This document shows positions 6,994-15,456 of a stretch of 17,014 nucleotides of DNA, one piece after another. The stretch spans positions 1-17,014 of the forward strand of contig JBKGZT010000027.1 of assembly GCA_046543235.1 (NCBI GenBank), read 5' to 3'. Position numbers and translations under genes: made by a program. Every line of letters begins with the position of its first letter. The first letter of the stretch is position 1. The notes below the pieces were generated by a model. That model did no database searches. It had not been told where the DNA came from and saw only the letters and a program-made list of their open reading frames with translations. Source of the DNA: Candidatus Acetothermia bacterium (GTDB lineage: Bacteria; Bipolaricaulota; Bipolaricaulia; M55B111).

Positions 6994-7824
6994 TTGACCG
7001 ACGAAAACCTCGAGCGGTATTTCAACGAAGTGAAAGAGGACGTTCTTACCCGAGAGGAAGAAGTCGAACTGGCGAAACGGATCGAGAAAGGCGACGAAAG
7101 TGCAAAAAAAGAGCTGGCCCGCCATAACCTCCGCCTGGTAATTAGCATCGCCAAAAAGTATAGGAATTACGGGTTACCCTTTCTGGACCTGATTCAGGAA
7201 GGAAATCTGGGATTGATGCGGGCAATAGAGAAATTCGACTATACAAAGGGGTACAAGTTTAGCACCTATGCCACCTGGTGGATCAGACAGAGGATATTCC
7301 GGGCTATAAATAATCAGTCCAGGACGATAAGGATCCCGGCCCACATGAACGAATTGATTCGGGAAATTTATAAGCTGGAACAAAAGCACATCAACGAAAA
7401 CGGCGAGGAACCGATAGTGGAAGAGATCGCTGAGAAGCTGGACGTTGCCGAGGAGAAAGTTCTCAAGGCGAAGAAGTCGGCCCACAAGACGACCTCTCTG
7501 GACAAACCGCTCGGTAACGATTCTCCGGAAGGGAACGTTCTCGGAGATATGTTGGCCGACGAGAATGCCCCCAGGCCGGAAGAAGAGACGCTGGATAAAC
7601 TGGTAACCGACAGGCTGGAGGGTGTTCTGGAGGAATTTCTCACCGATAGGGAAAAGAGAATCCTTCAGCTCCGTTACGGCCTGAAGGACTACCACCCCCG
7701 CACTCTCGATGAGGTAGGCAAGGTCTTCGATATCAGCCGCGAAAGAGTAAGACAGATTCAGAAGCGCGCAATTCAAAAGCTTCAGACTCCCGAGGTCAGA
7801 AATAAGCTGAAAGGGCAATTCTAG
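6994..7824 (+). CDS. RNA polymerase sigma-70 factor, RpoD/RpoS-like, regions 1.2-4 only
   Basis: [13 protein letters not shown] (1.2), [12 protein letters not shown] and [33 protein letters not shown] (region 2), [19 protein letters not shown] (4.2); TTG start with SD AAGGAGG at 6982-6988. Confidence 0.93.
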   Translation: MTDENLERYFNEVKEDVLTREEEVELAKRIEKGDESAKKELARHNLRLVISIAKKYRNYGLPFLDLIQEGNLGLMRAIEKFDYTKGYKFSTYATWWIRQRIFRAINNQSRTIRIPAHMNELIREIYKLEQKHINENGEEPIVEEIAEKLDVAEEKVLKAKKSAHKTTSLDKPLGNDSPEGNVLGDMLADENAPRPEEETLDKLVTDRLEGVLEEFLTDREKRILQLRYGLKDYHPRTLDEVGKVFDISRERVRQIQKRAIQKLQTPEVRNKLKGQF

Positions 7825-7881
7825 ATATCTCCCCTAAAATAGGATAATTGGATCATTATCGGAGGGAACGTGGAGGAAAGA

Positions 7882-8637
7882 ATGAAGGAAAACTACGGAG
7901 AATTCGCGAAGGTTTACACCGCGGGCACTTACCCCTCTTACAGCCGGTACATGGCGGAAAGACTACCCGACATGCTGGGGCAGCTGGGGTACAGGACCAG
8001 GTCGATACTCGATCTTGCCTGCGGGGAAGGTACATTCGTTCTGGAAGCGCGGGAACTTGGCTTTAACGCGGTTGGAGTCGATAAATCCAAGCAGATGGTC
8101 GAAATAGCGCGGAAAAAGGCGAGAAAAAAGGATTCGGACGTAAAGTTCTTTCAGGGCGATATGAGGGACTTTGTACCCGACGAGGAGTTCGGTCTGGTTA
8201 CCAGCTGGTTCGACAGCATGAATTACCTCCTGACCGCTTATGATATTAAACGCACCATGAACACGGCTTACTCCGCTCTCCAGGATGGTGGTTATTTCGT
8301 CTTTGATATGAACACCATTTACGGCTTGAGCCAGGAGTGGCAGCAGGAGGAATGTTACGTCGAAAGGGACGATGGCGAGGTCTTCGAAGTTCACAGAACC
8401 GATTATAGCCCGTCCAGAAACGTGGCAGAGTTGCAAATAACCTTCTTTACGAAGGACGGTGACTGCTGGAGAAAGAGCGAGGAGGTTCACGAGGAACGGG
8501 CCTACGAGCTGGAAAGGATAAAAGAACTGGCCCGCGAGGTCGGCTTCCAGGTTTCCGGAGTTTGGGATGACGTGCGGGAGTTTACCCCTCCGGACGAAGA
8601 GTCCGGGAGGGTCTGGGTTGCTCTAAAGAAAAGTTAG
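7882..8637 (+). CDS. Class I SAM-dependent methyltransferase
   Basis: Motif I ILDLACGEG, GVDKS, QGDMRDF, FDSMNYL, GGYFVFD; ATG at 7882 with SD GGAGG (7872-7876) preferred over GTG 7870. Confidence 0.88.
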   Translation: MKENYGEFAKVYTAGTYPSYSRYMAERLPDMLGQLGYRTRSILDLACGEGTFVLEARELGFNAVGVDKSKQMVEIARKKARKKDSDVKFFQGDMRDFVPDEEFGLVTSWFDSMNYLLTAYDIKRTMNTAYSALQDGGYFVFDMNTIYGLSQEWQQEECYVERDDGEVFEVHRTDYSPSRNVAELQITFFTKDGDCWRKSEEVHEERAYELERIKELAREVGFQVSGVWDDVREFTPPDEESGRVWVALKKS

Positions 8638-8644
8638 GTGATAC

Positions 8645-8672
8645 TTGCAAAATTCCGTCTTTCCGATAAACT
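8645..8672 (+). promoter_or_regulatory. Putative promoter of the pyr operon
   Basis: TTGCAA (8645-8650), 16-nt spacer, TAAACT (8667-8672), right after the methyltransferase stop. Confidence 0.45.
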
Positions 8673-8835
8673 TTCTGAAACATATTTTTATGGTTTTCAT
8701 CCGAGTCCGTCGCTGGCCCGGGATCGGTACCCTGGAGAGTTAAGCTGCTCGAGAGGGAAAAGGTCCCCTGAATCAAAGATCGTTCGTTTAGATTTCTTCC
8801 AAACAAGATCCCCCCTGGAGACTGATTCCTACAGA

Positions 8836-9600
8836 ATGAGTAAGTACTTTAAAGAAAAAATAACGAAGAGAAGCGAAGCTCTCGACTCCAGATTAATATT
8901 TGCCCTCGACATCTCTTATCCCCTTTATTCGCTTTCGAGAACGGAGAGATTGGAGAAGAGGGATGAAATTTATCAAGAAGCCCGAAATCTGCTCGATCAC
9001 GTACAGAACCACATCGCCGCGGTTAAGATAAACTACCCGCTTTTGCTTACGCTGGGCCCGGATATGACATCCCAGCTGCTGGATGAGACTGACGTCCCCT
9101 CGATTGCCGACTTTAAGGTCGCGGATATTGCCAATACCTGCAAGTGGATAGGGACCCAGGCAATGGAAATGGGGTTCAGCGCGATAATTGCCCATCCGTT
9201 CGTTGGATACGAAAAGGGATTAGATGTCCTTTTCGACGTTACCGAAGAGTATGACGGCGGAGTGATACTGGTCATCAACATGTCACATCCCGGAAGCAAG
9301 CAGTTTATCACCCCCGTAGCCGAAGAACTCGCTGACTTTGCCAGAGAAAAGGGGGCGGATGGAGTTGTTGCTCCTGCTACCAGACCTGAAGAGGTAGAAG
9401 AAGCTCGATCCTGGGTTGGTCAGGATCTCCTTTTGCTGACGCCGGGAGTGGGGGCTCAGGGTGGTGAGCCAGGCGACGCTATCAGGGCTGGAGCTGATTT
9501 TGAAATAGTCGGACGGGGAATATATCAGGCGGAGCGGCCCGGAGAGGCCGCGGGTAGCTTAAGAGACCAAATGAGAGAAGCGGGTCAGGGCGATGGATAA
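8836..9600 (+). CDS. pyrF: Orotidine-5'-phosphate decarboxylase, archaeal-type
   Basis: Catalytic DFKVADI, ALD, VK, MSHPGS, APATRP, TPGVGAQGG, IVGRGIY; in-frame ATG at 8836 chosen because the upstream 66 codons look non-coding. Confidence 0.92.
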   Translation: MSKYFKEKITKRSEALDSRLIFALDISYPLYSLSRTERLEKRDEIYQEARNLLDHVQNHIAAVKINYPLLLTLGPDMTSQLLDETDVPSIADFKVADIANTCKWIGTQAMEMGFSAIIAHPFVGYEKGLDVLFDVTEEYDGGVILVINMSHPGSKQFITPVAEELADFAREKGADGVVAPATRPEEVEEARSWVGQDLLLLTPGVGAQGGEPGDAIRAGADFEIVGRGIYQAERPGEAAGSLRDQMREAGQGDG

Positions 9601-10234
9601 CTCAAAGAAACCTATAGAGGCCAGGAGCAGGGAACTTGCTCCGCTGATCTGGGAGAGTGACTGTCTGGATTTCGGGGAATTTACCCTGACTTCCGGGAAA
9701 AAGAGCCCCTATTACGTCGATCTAAGGATGCTACCTTCCTATCCCGAACTGTTTTCCCGCGCGACCGACCTAGCGTCGGAATACCTGGGCAGGAGGACAA
9801 ATACCTTCGACTTGCTTTGTGCCGTCCCGACGGGCGGCTTACCGTTCGGGACCCTGCTGGCGCAGAGAATCGGCAAGCCGCTCACCTACGTCCGTAAGGA
9901 AAGCAAATCACACGGCGAAGGGAGGAAGGTAGAGGGCCGGATGGCGGAGGGTGACGAACTGCTCCTCGTCGACGATATCATAACCACCGGAGGGAGCGTG
10001 ATTTCCGCGGCGGAATCGGTTCGTAAAGCGGGGGGTAGTGTGAAAGGGGTTATAGTTCTGGTGGATAGGATGGAAGGCGCGGAGAAGAACCTGGAAAAAG
10101 AAGGGTTAGAACTTTTGAAGGTGGCGAATATCGAGCCCGTGGTTGAAGAACTGGGTAGTAGTGGAGAGATTTCCAAGGAGATGGTCGAAAAAGTGAAGAA
10201 TTATCTGAAGAAAAGAGGTGGTGGATTTGCCTAA
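9593..10234 (+). CDS. pyrE: Orotate phosphoribosyltransferase
   Basis: FGEFTLTSGKKSPYYVDLR, RKESKSHG, PRPP-binding VDDIITTGGS, LVDR; 8-nt overlap with pyrF stop. Confidence 0.95.
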   Translation: MDNSKKPIEARSRELAPLIWESDCLDFGEFTLTSGKKSPYYVDLRMLPSYPELFSRATDLASEYLGRRTNTFDLLCAVPTGGLPFGTLLAQRIGKPLTYVRKESKSHGEGRKVEGRMAEGDELLLVDDIITTGGSVISAAESVRKAGGSVKGVIVLVDRMEGAEKNLEKEGLELLKVANIEPVVEELGSSGEISKEMVEKVKNYLKKRGGGFA

Positions 10235-11156
10235 TCGGTTTGCGGGGATGGACTTTATTACGATCAGGGACAAATCGAGAGAGGAACTAGATATCATTAT
10301 GGACAGGGCACGAAGCATGGAGAAGTTTAGAAACAGGGGGAAAGACTCTGCCAGAGGGCTTCTGTTGGGGACGCTTTTTTTCGAACCGAGCACCCGGACG
10401 AGGCTAAGCTTCCAGGCGGCCATGAAACGGCTGGGCGGAGATACTGTAGGTTTTTCTTCCAAGCAGGGAACGAGCGTTCAGAAAGGTGAAACACTTGCCG
10501 ATACTCTCCGGACGGTTGAGCAGTACGTCGACATACTGGTAACTCGTCATCCCAGCGAGGGGTCCGCTAGGCTGGCGTCCGAGTTGCTGGAAATTCCGGT
10601 TATCAATGGGGGGGACGGGAGCGCGAACCACCCGACCCAGACCCTGCTGGATCTCTATACGATAAGAAAGGAGCTCGGGGAAATCGATGGAAAGACGATA
10701 ACGCTGGCCGGGGACCTCCGTTACAGTAGAACCACCCGGTCGCTCTCCCGGGCTCTGACCCGTTATGACGTAGAACTGATACTGCACTCCCCGGAACAGT
10801 TGAGGATGAAGGACGATCTGTTGCTCGAACTCGAAAATGCCGGCTTGACCCCAAAAGAAACCGAGGACCTTGAAAGCTCTATGCGTGAATCGGACCTCGT
10901 TTACGCGACCCGGATTCAGAAGGAGAGGTTTCCGGAAGTAGCCGAGTACAGGAAAGTAGCCGATGCTTACAAAATAGATAGGGATCTGCTCGAACGATCC
11001 GGCGACCCCGTGTTGCTCCATCCACTTCCCCGGGTTAACGAAGTCGATACGGACGTGGATGAGCTGGACAATGCCGTCTTTTTCGAACAGGCCGGAAACG
11101 GAGTGCCGGTAAGAATGGCGCTGATATCCACCCTCCTGGATTTATCCGATAGGTGA
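10227..11156 (+). CDS. pyrB: Aspartate carbamoyltransferase catalytic subunit
   Basis: FFEPSTRTRLSF, KGETLADT, HPTQTLLD, TRIQKER, HPLPR; TTG at 10227 lies 6 nt after SD GAGGTG and gives an 8-nt overlap with pyrE (alternative GTG starts at 10218/10221). Confidence 0.95.
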   Translation: MPNRFAGMDFITIRDKSREELDIIMDRARSMEKFRNRGKDSARGLLLGTLFFEPSTRTRLSFQAAMKRLGGDTVGFSSKQGTSVQKGETLADTLRTVEQYVDILVTRHPSEGSARLASELLEIPVINGGDGSANHPTQTLLDLYTIRKELGEIDGKTITLAGDLRYSRTTRSLSRALTRYDVELILHSPEQLRMKDDLLLELENAGLTPKETEDLESSMRESDLVYATRIQKERFPEVAEYRKVADAYKIDRDLLERSGDPVLLHPLPRVNEVDTDVDELDNAVFFEQAGNGVPVRMALISTLLDLSDR

Positions 11157-11160
11157 TAAC

Positions 11161-11646
11161 ATGGCAGAAGAAAAGCAAGAGATGAAGATTACCCGGATCG
11201 AGGACGGAACCGTTATTGATCACATCGCTCCTGGCTCAGCTCTAAAGGTCTTTGAAATACTCGGTCTCGGTGAAGAAGAAGAAAACTCCATAACTATCGC
11301 TATTCGGGTCAACAGCGAGGAGATGGGCGAGAAAGATCTTTTGAAGATCGAAAACAGGTTCCTGACGACGACGGAAAGCGCGATGATTTCCCTCATTTCT
11401 CCCGAGGCTACGATCAACATAATTCGGTCCTTCCAGGTTGAGAGCAAGGATGCAGTCCAGTTACCTGAAAAAATGAAGGGAATCTTCAACTGCAGCAATC
11501 CCAATTGCATTACCAACCAGGAGAGGGAACCCGTCGAAGCCCGGTTCGAGGTTACGGAGGAAGACCCGCTCATGGTTAGGTGTCTTTACTGTGACAACCT
11601 GATGGACGAGGAGGAGATCACTAACAAGCTCCTCCAGAACACCTAA
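11161..11646 (+). CDS. pyrI: Aspartate carbamoyltransferase regulatory subunit
   Basis: IEDGTVIDHI, KDLLKIE, PEATINII, Zn ligands CSNPNCIT...RCLYC. Confidence 0.95.
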   Translation: MAEEKQEMKITRIEDGTVIDHIAPGSALKVFEILGLGEEEENSITIAIRVNSEEMGEKDLLKIENRFLTTTESAMISLISPEATINIIRSFQVESKDAVQLPEKMKGIFNCSNPNCITNQEREPVEARFEVTEEDPLMVRCLYCDNLMDEEEITNKLLQNT

Positions 11647-11660
11647 AAACCTGGATAGAA

Positions 11661-12440
11661 ATGAGTATAAAGGACCAGCGAGTACGAGAGATAGAAAAAG
11701 TTCGCCGCGTGACGCCAACTATCAAGATCTTTCGAGTTAAAGACCCGCCTTCGGCGCGGGCACATCCGGGACAGTTCCTAATGGTCTGGGTGCCGGGTTC
11801 GGGCGAGGTCCCTCTCGCGGTTTGTGCGAGTTTCGGCGACGAATTCGAGATGTCGGTCAAGCTCAGGGGGGATACCACCGAAAAACTCCACGGGCTCGCC
11901 CCTGGTGACGTGATCGGGCTAAGAGGACCTTTCGGGAACGGGTTTACCCTGGAAGCGGAAAATCCTATGCTCGTCGGAGGGGGCTACGGGATAGCGCCTC
12001 TTCGGCACCTCTACAGGACCATTCCGGATCAAGATGGAGTTTCAGTCGTGGCGGGAGCCGCTACCGCGGACGAATTGCTTTTCCTGGACGAGATGGAGCC
12101 CGACCGCCTGGCCACGGATGACGGAAGCAAGGGGAGGAAAGGAACCGTAATCCCTCCGATGAGAGAGCTTCTGGGCGAAAGGGAGATAGATAAAGTATAT
12201 GCTACCGGCCCCGAGAAAATGATTTACCGTATCGCAGAGATATGCAGGGAACAGGAGCTTAAGCTGGAAGCCAGCCTGGAGAGGATTATGAAGTGTGGCG
12301 TGGGTCTCTGTGGTTCCTGCCTGATAGATGGTTTCAGGGTATGTCAGGATGGACCCGTTGCGAACCTGGATGATTTAGCCGGATTGAAGGAGTTCGGGAA
12401 CTGGGAAAGGAGCTTCTCAGGAAAGAAAAGGCGATTATAA
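11661..12440 (+). CDS. pyrK: Dihydroorotate dehydrogenase B electron transfer subunit
   Basis: PGQFLMVW, RGPFGNGF, GGGYGIAP, TDDGS, [2Fe-2S] motif MKCGVGLCGSC...VCQDGP. Confidence 0.92.
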   Translation: MSIKDQRVREIEKVRRVTPTIKIFRVKDPPSARAHPGQFLMVWVPGSGEVPLAVCASFGDEFEMSVKLRGDTTEKLHGLAPGDVIGLRGPFGNGFTLEAENPMLVGGGYGIAPLRHLYRTIPDQDGVSVVAGAATADELLFLDEMEPDRLATDDGSKGRKGTVIPPMRELLGEREIDKVYATGPEKMIYRIAEICREQELKLEASLERIMKCGVGLCGSCLIDGFRVCQDGPVANLDDLAGLKEFGNWERSFSGKKRRL

Positions 12441-12509
12441 TCCAATTCTTTCGGCTTCTCATGAACCAGGGTTTCAGGTTTCAAGTTATGCGTTGGTGAA
12501 GAAATAAAA

Positions 12510-13775
12510 ATGAGTTATCGGTTTAAGCTGAGGAGCAAAAACGTCTATTATGACGGTGAATTCCGTAACCTGGAAGTCGGAATAAAAGACGGGGAGATAG
12601 CCGCCGTCGGTACGGAAACAGGGGAGGCCAACGAAATAATAGATCTCGAGGATAACCTGGTGATTCCGGGTGTAATCGACGGTCACGTCCATTTCCGCGA
12701 CCCGGGAGAAACCGCAAAAGAGGATTTCCGCTCCGGATCCCGGGCTGCTGCCCGGGGAGGAGTCACGACCGTCGTCGATATGCCGAACAACCAGCCCCCG
12801 ATTAAGTCGGAGGATCTGTTTGAAGAGAAGAAACGAATTGCCGAAAAAAAGAGCGTTGTTAACTTCGCGCTATACGCCGGAATCCCGAAGGACCTTTCCG
12901 AGATCCCCGCTCTGGTCGACTCCGGTGCCGTGGGTTTCAAGTATTACATGGCCGAGGAAGAGGTCGATCTGGCAGAACTATCGGGCCGGATAGAAGACCT
13001 GGAAGCCTTGCTGACCGTCCATGCCGAGGCCTCTGAAGAGTTAAACCCTCAGGGTCCTCCTGGTTCGCCGGAGGAGTACCTCGACTCGAGGCCGCCCCGG
13101 GCCGAGTTAAAGGCGATGGAGAAACTTTTGGAGGTTCGGCCAGCCCGGCTTCACCTGGCACATGTGACGTTGCCCGAGACTGTCTGGAAGGCCGAGGGAA
13201 CAGCCTCGAAAGAGGTAACTCCACACCACCTTCTGCTTTCCAGGTCGATGGTAGGGCTGAAGGACTTTACGGCCGTTACTAACCCACCAATTCGAGATGC
13301 CGAGACCGTCAAGGACCTGAAAGAGTCCTTCCTGGATGGGAGAATCGGGATGCTGGCAAGCGATCACGCCCCGCACCTTAGTTCCGAGAAGTTGACCAAA
13401 AAACCTTCCGAAGCCTCTCCGGGCATACCGGGAGTCGAAACTTTGGTGCCTCTCAGTTTGACTTTTGCCCGGGAGAGCGGAAGTCCGCTTTCCCTCGCGG
13501 TGGATGCCCTGACGAAGAAGCCCGCCGAACTTTTTGGTTTCGAACGTCGGGGGCGGATCAAAGAAGGCTATAGAGCGGACATCACCGTACTCGACGGAGA
13601 CAAATCCACCCCCATTAGAGGCGATGACTTCCTTTCGAAGGCGAAAGTAACGCCTTTCGAGGGCCGGGAGGTCTCCTTCTGGCCCAAAATGACGATTGTA
13701 AATGGAACCCCGGTCTATCGGGATGGAAAGATTACTGACGAAGGAGCCGGAGAGTTTCTCAGGGGAGGAGATTAA
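12510..13775 (+). CDS. pyrC: Dihydroorotase (amidohydrolase superfamily)
   Basis: PGVIDGHVHFRDPG, DMPNN.PP, GFKYYM, VHAE, EVTPHHL, NPPIR, ASDHAPH, PGIPGVE; inside the pyr operon. Confidence 0.9.
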   Translation: MSYRFKLRSKNVYYDGEFRNLEVGIKDGEIAAVGTETGEANEIIDLEDNLVIPGVIDGHVHFRDPGETAKEDFRSGSRAAARGGVTTVVDMPNNQPPIKSEDLFEEKKRIAEKKSVVNFALYAGIPKDLSEIPALVDSGAVGFKYYMAEEEVDLAELSGRIEDLEALLTVHAEASEELNPQGPPGSPEEYLDSRPPRAELKAMEKLLEVRPARLHLAHVTLPETVWKAEGTASKEVTPHHLLLSRSMVGLKDFTAVTNPPIRDAETVKDLKESFLDGRIGMLASDHAPHLSSEKLTKKPSEASPGIPGVETLVPLSLTFARESGSPLSLAVDALTKKPAELFGFERRGRIKEGYRADITVLDGDKSTPIRGDDFLSKAKVTPFEGREVSFWPKMTIVNGTPVYRDGKITDEGAGEFLRGGD

Positions 13776-13777
13776 CT

Positions 13778-14692
13778 ATGAACGAGGAAAGCCTGGAAAT
13801 CGAAGTAGCGGGACTGAAACTCGAAAACCCATTGATCCTGGCAAGCGGGGTTATGGGGACCACCCCGGGCGGCCTGAGGCGAGTCGGACGGGAAGGGGCC
13901 GGTGCCGCAGTGACGAAAAGTCTGGGGGCAACTCCACGGGAAGGTCATTCTTCTCCAAACGTTATAAGAGTGGACGGTGGATATCTTAACGCGATGGGAT
14001 TGCCCAATCCCGGTGTAGAGGAATTCGCCGACGAAATGGAGGAGGAGGCAGTCGACTTCCCGGTTATAGGGAGTATTTACGGGGGAGATCCGGAGGAATT
14101 CCGGAGCGTTGCTCGGAAGCTGGCCCCTTCGGTCGATGGAATCGAACTGAACCTGTCCTGTCCGCACGCCGAGAACCTCGGAGCCGCGGTCGGTTCCGAT
14201 CCCCGTCTGGTAGAAGAGGTAGTTGGAGCGGTCGCCCAAGAGACGGAGAAACCCGTATTTGCCAAATTAACTCCGAACGTGTCGGAGATTACCGAGATAG
14301 GAAAAGCCGCCGAGCTGGGTGGGGCGGATGGAGTCGTCGCCATAAACACCCTTCCCGGAATGGCCATAGACGTCGAGACCGGCCGTCCTGTCCTGGGTAA
14401 CGGGAGCGGAGGTCTTTCCGGTCCGGCTATTCATCCCGTGGCGGTAAAGTCGGTATACGATCTTTACGAAACCCTTTCAATACCGATCGTCGGCGTCGGC
14501 GGCGTGCAGTCGGGCGAGGACGTGGTCGAATTGTTTCTGGCTGGAGCCAGGGCGGTCCAGGTCGGAACCGCGGTAGCCGATCGGGACCTATCCGTTTTCC
14601 GGGAGCTTTGTTCCTACTTGAAAAAATACCTGGATTCTAGGGACGAGAAACTCGGTGGGTTGATCGGGGCAGCTCACGACTTCCGAAAGTAG
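13778..14692 (+). CDS. pyrD: Dihydroorotate dehydrogenase (family 1B) catalytic subunit
   Basis: NPLILASG, VTKS, NAMGLPNPG, ELNLSCPH, AKLTPN, AINT, GGLSGPAI, GVGGV, VQVGTA. Confidence 0.95.
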   Translation: MNEESLEIEVAGLKLENPLILASGVMGTTPGGLRRVGREGAGAAVTKSLGATPREGHSSPNVIRVDGGYLNAMGLPNPGVEEFADEMEEEAVDFPVIGSIYGGDPEEFRSVARKLAPSVDGIELNLSCPHAENLGAAVGSDPRLVEEVVGAVAQETEKPVFAKLTPNVSEITEIGKAAELGGADGVVAINTLPGMAIDVETGRPVLGNGSGGLSGPAIHPVAVKSVYDLYETLSIPIVGVGGVQSGEDVVELFLAGARAVQVGTAVADRDLSVFRELCSYLKKYLDSRDEKLGGLIGAAHDFRK

Positions 14693-14700
14693 GTGAAACT

Positions 14701-15438
14701 TCAAAGAGAGATTCCGAAGAGGGAAAGGAGCGTCACGAAGAGGGGGGCGAGAAGGATTGCAGGCAGGAAGTTGCTCACTTTTACGTCCTTTATCTCCAGC
14801 AGGGCCAGGCCGATTCCGATGATAAGCACGCCTCCCGTTGCGGAGAGTTCCCCCACCGCGGTGGAGCTTGCGACGGCTTCAGCCCCCAGGCTTCCCCGGG
14901 CGAGAAGGGCAAGTAGGGTAATCCCGCCCTGGTAGACGATCAGAGTTACGATCGAAAAGAGAACGCCTACCCCCAGAGTAGATGCGAATATCATCGCCGC
15001 GAACCCGTCCAGGCCGGACTTTATAGCGAGCAACCTGAAATCTCCAGTTAGACCGTCCTGAATTGCTCCGAGGAAGGTCATCGGTCCGACGGCGAAGACG
15101 AGGCTGGCAGTTACGAAACCTTTGGTAAACGTGTCGGTGGTAGCTTCCAGCGCTGAAAGTCTGGAGAACCAACGCTTCAGTAGATCTCCCGTCCTGTCGA
15201 GTCTGGACTTTATCTCTCCCCATTCTCCCAGCAAACCACCTATAGCGACGCTGGTCATTGGAATGAAAACGTTCTGGGTATCGAGGGCCATCCGAAAGCC
15301 AATTACCAGGGTTATCAGTCCAAGCCCTTTCATGACTATATTTTGAAGATCCTCTGAAAGCCTTTCACCAAGAAAGAGCCCGGCGGTGCCCCCGACGAGG
15401 ACTGTGACGATATTTAGCAGAGTTCCAGTTCCGACCAC
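14701..15438 (-). CDS. DUF554 (YdfK/YqgA-like) integral membrane protein
   Basis: GTLLNIVTVLVGG, FTKGFVTASLVFAVGPMTFLGAIQDGLTGD..LLAIKSGLDGF, YQGGITL, VSNFLPA; GTG start 6 nt after SD GGGAGG. Confidence 0.88.
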   Translation of the reverse strand: MVGTGTLLNIVTVLVGGTAGLFLGERLSEDLQNIVMKGLGLITLVIGFRMALDTQNVFIPMTSVAIGGLLGEWGEIKSRLDRTGDLLKRWFSRLSALEATTDTFTKGFVTASLVFAVGPMTFLGAIQDGLTGDFRLLAIKSGLDGFAAMIFASTLGVGVLFSIVTLIVYQGGITLLALLARGSLGAEAVASSTAVGELSATGGVLIIGIGLALLEIKDVKVSNFLPAILLAPLFVTLLSLFGISL

Positions 15439-15456
15439 CGGTTGCCTCCCGTTGGC

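Noticed and set aside
8694-8782. Partial SAM-I riboswitch look-alike (UUCAUCCGAG, CUGGCCCG, AAAAGGU, AGAU)
   Set aside because: Lacks GAGGGA, GCAACC/GGUGC P3 core, P4 and an extended P1; the downstream genes are pyrimidine rather than sulfur genes
8638-8835. 66-codon N-terminal extension of pyrF in the ORF track
   Set aside because: No homology-like content, no SD, and it contains a promoter-like sequence; ATG 8836 fits the family N-terminus
12441-12509. Short GTTTCAG/GTTTCAA tandem in the pyrK-pyrC gap resembling a CRISPR repeat start
   Set aside because: Only two adjacent 6-7-mers, with no spacers and no cas genes
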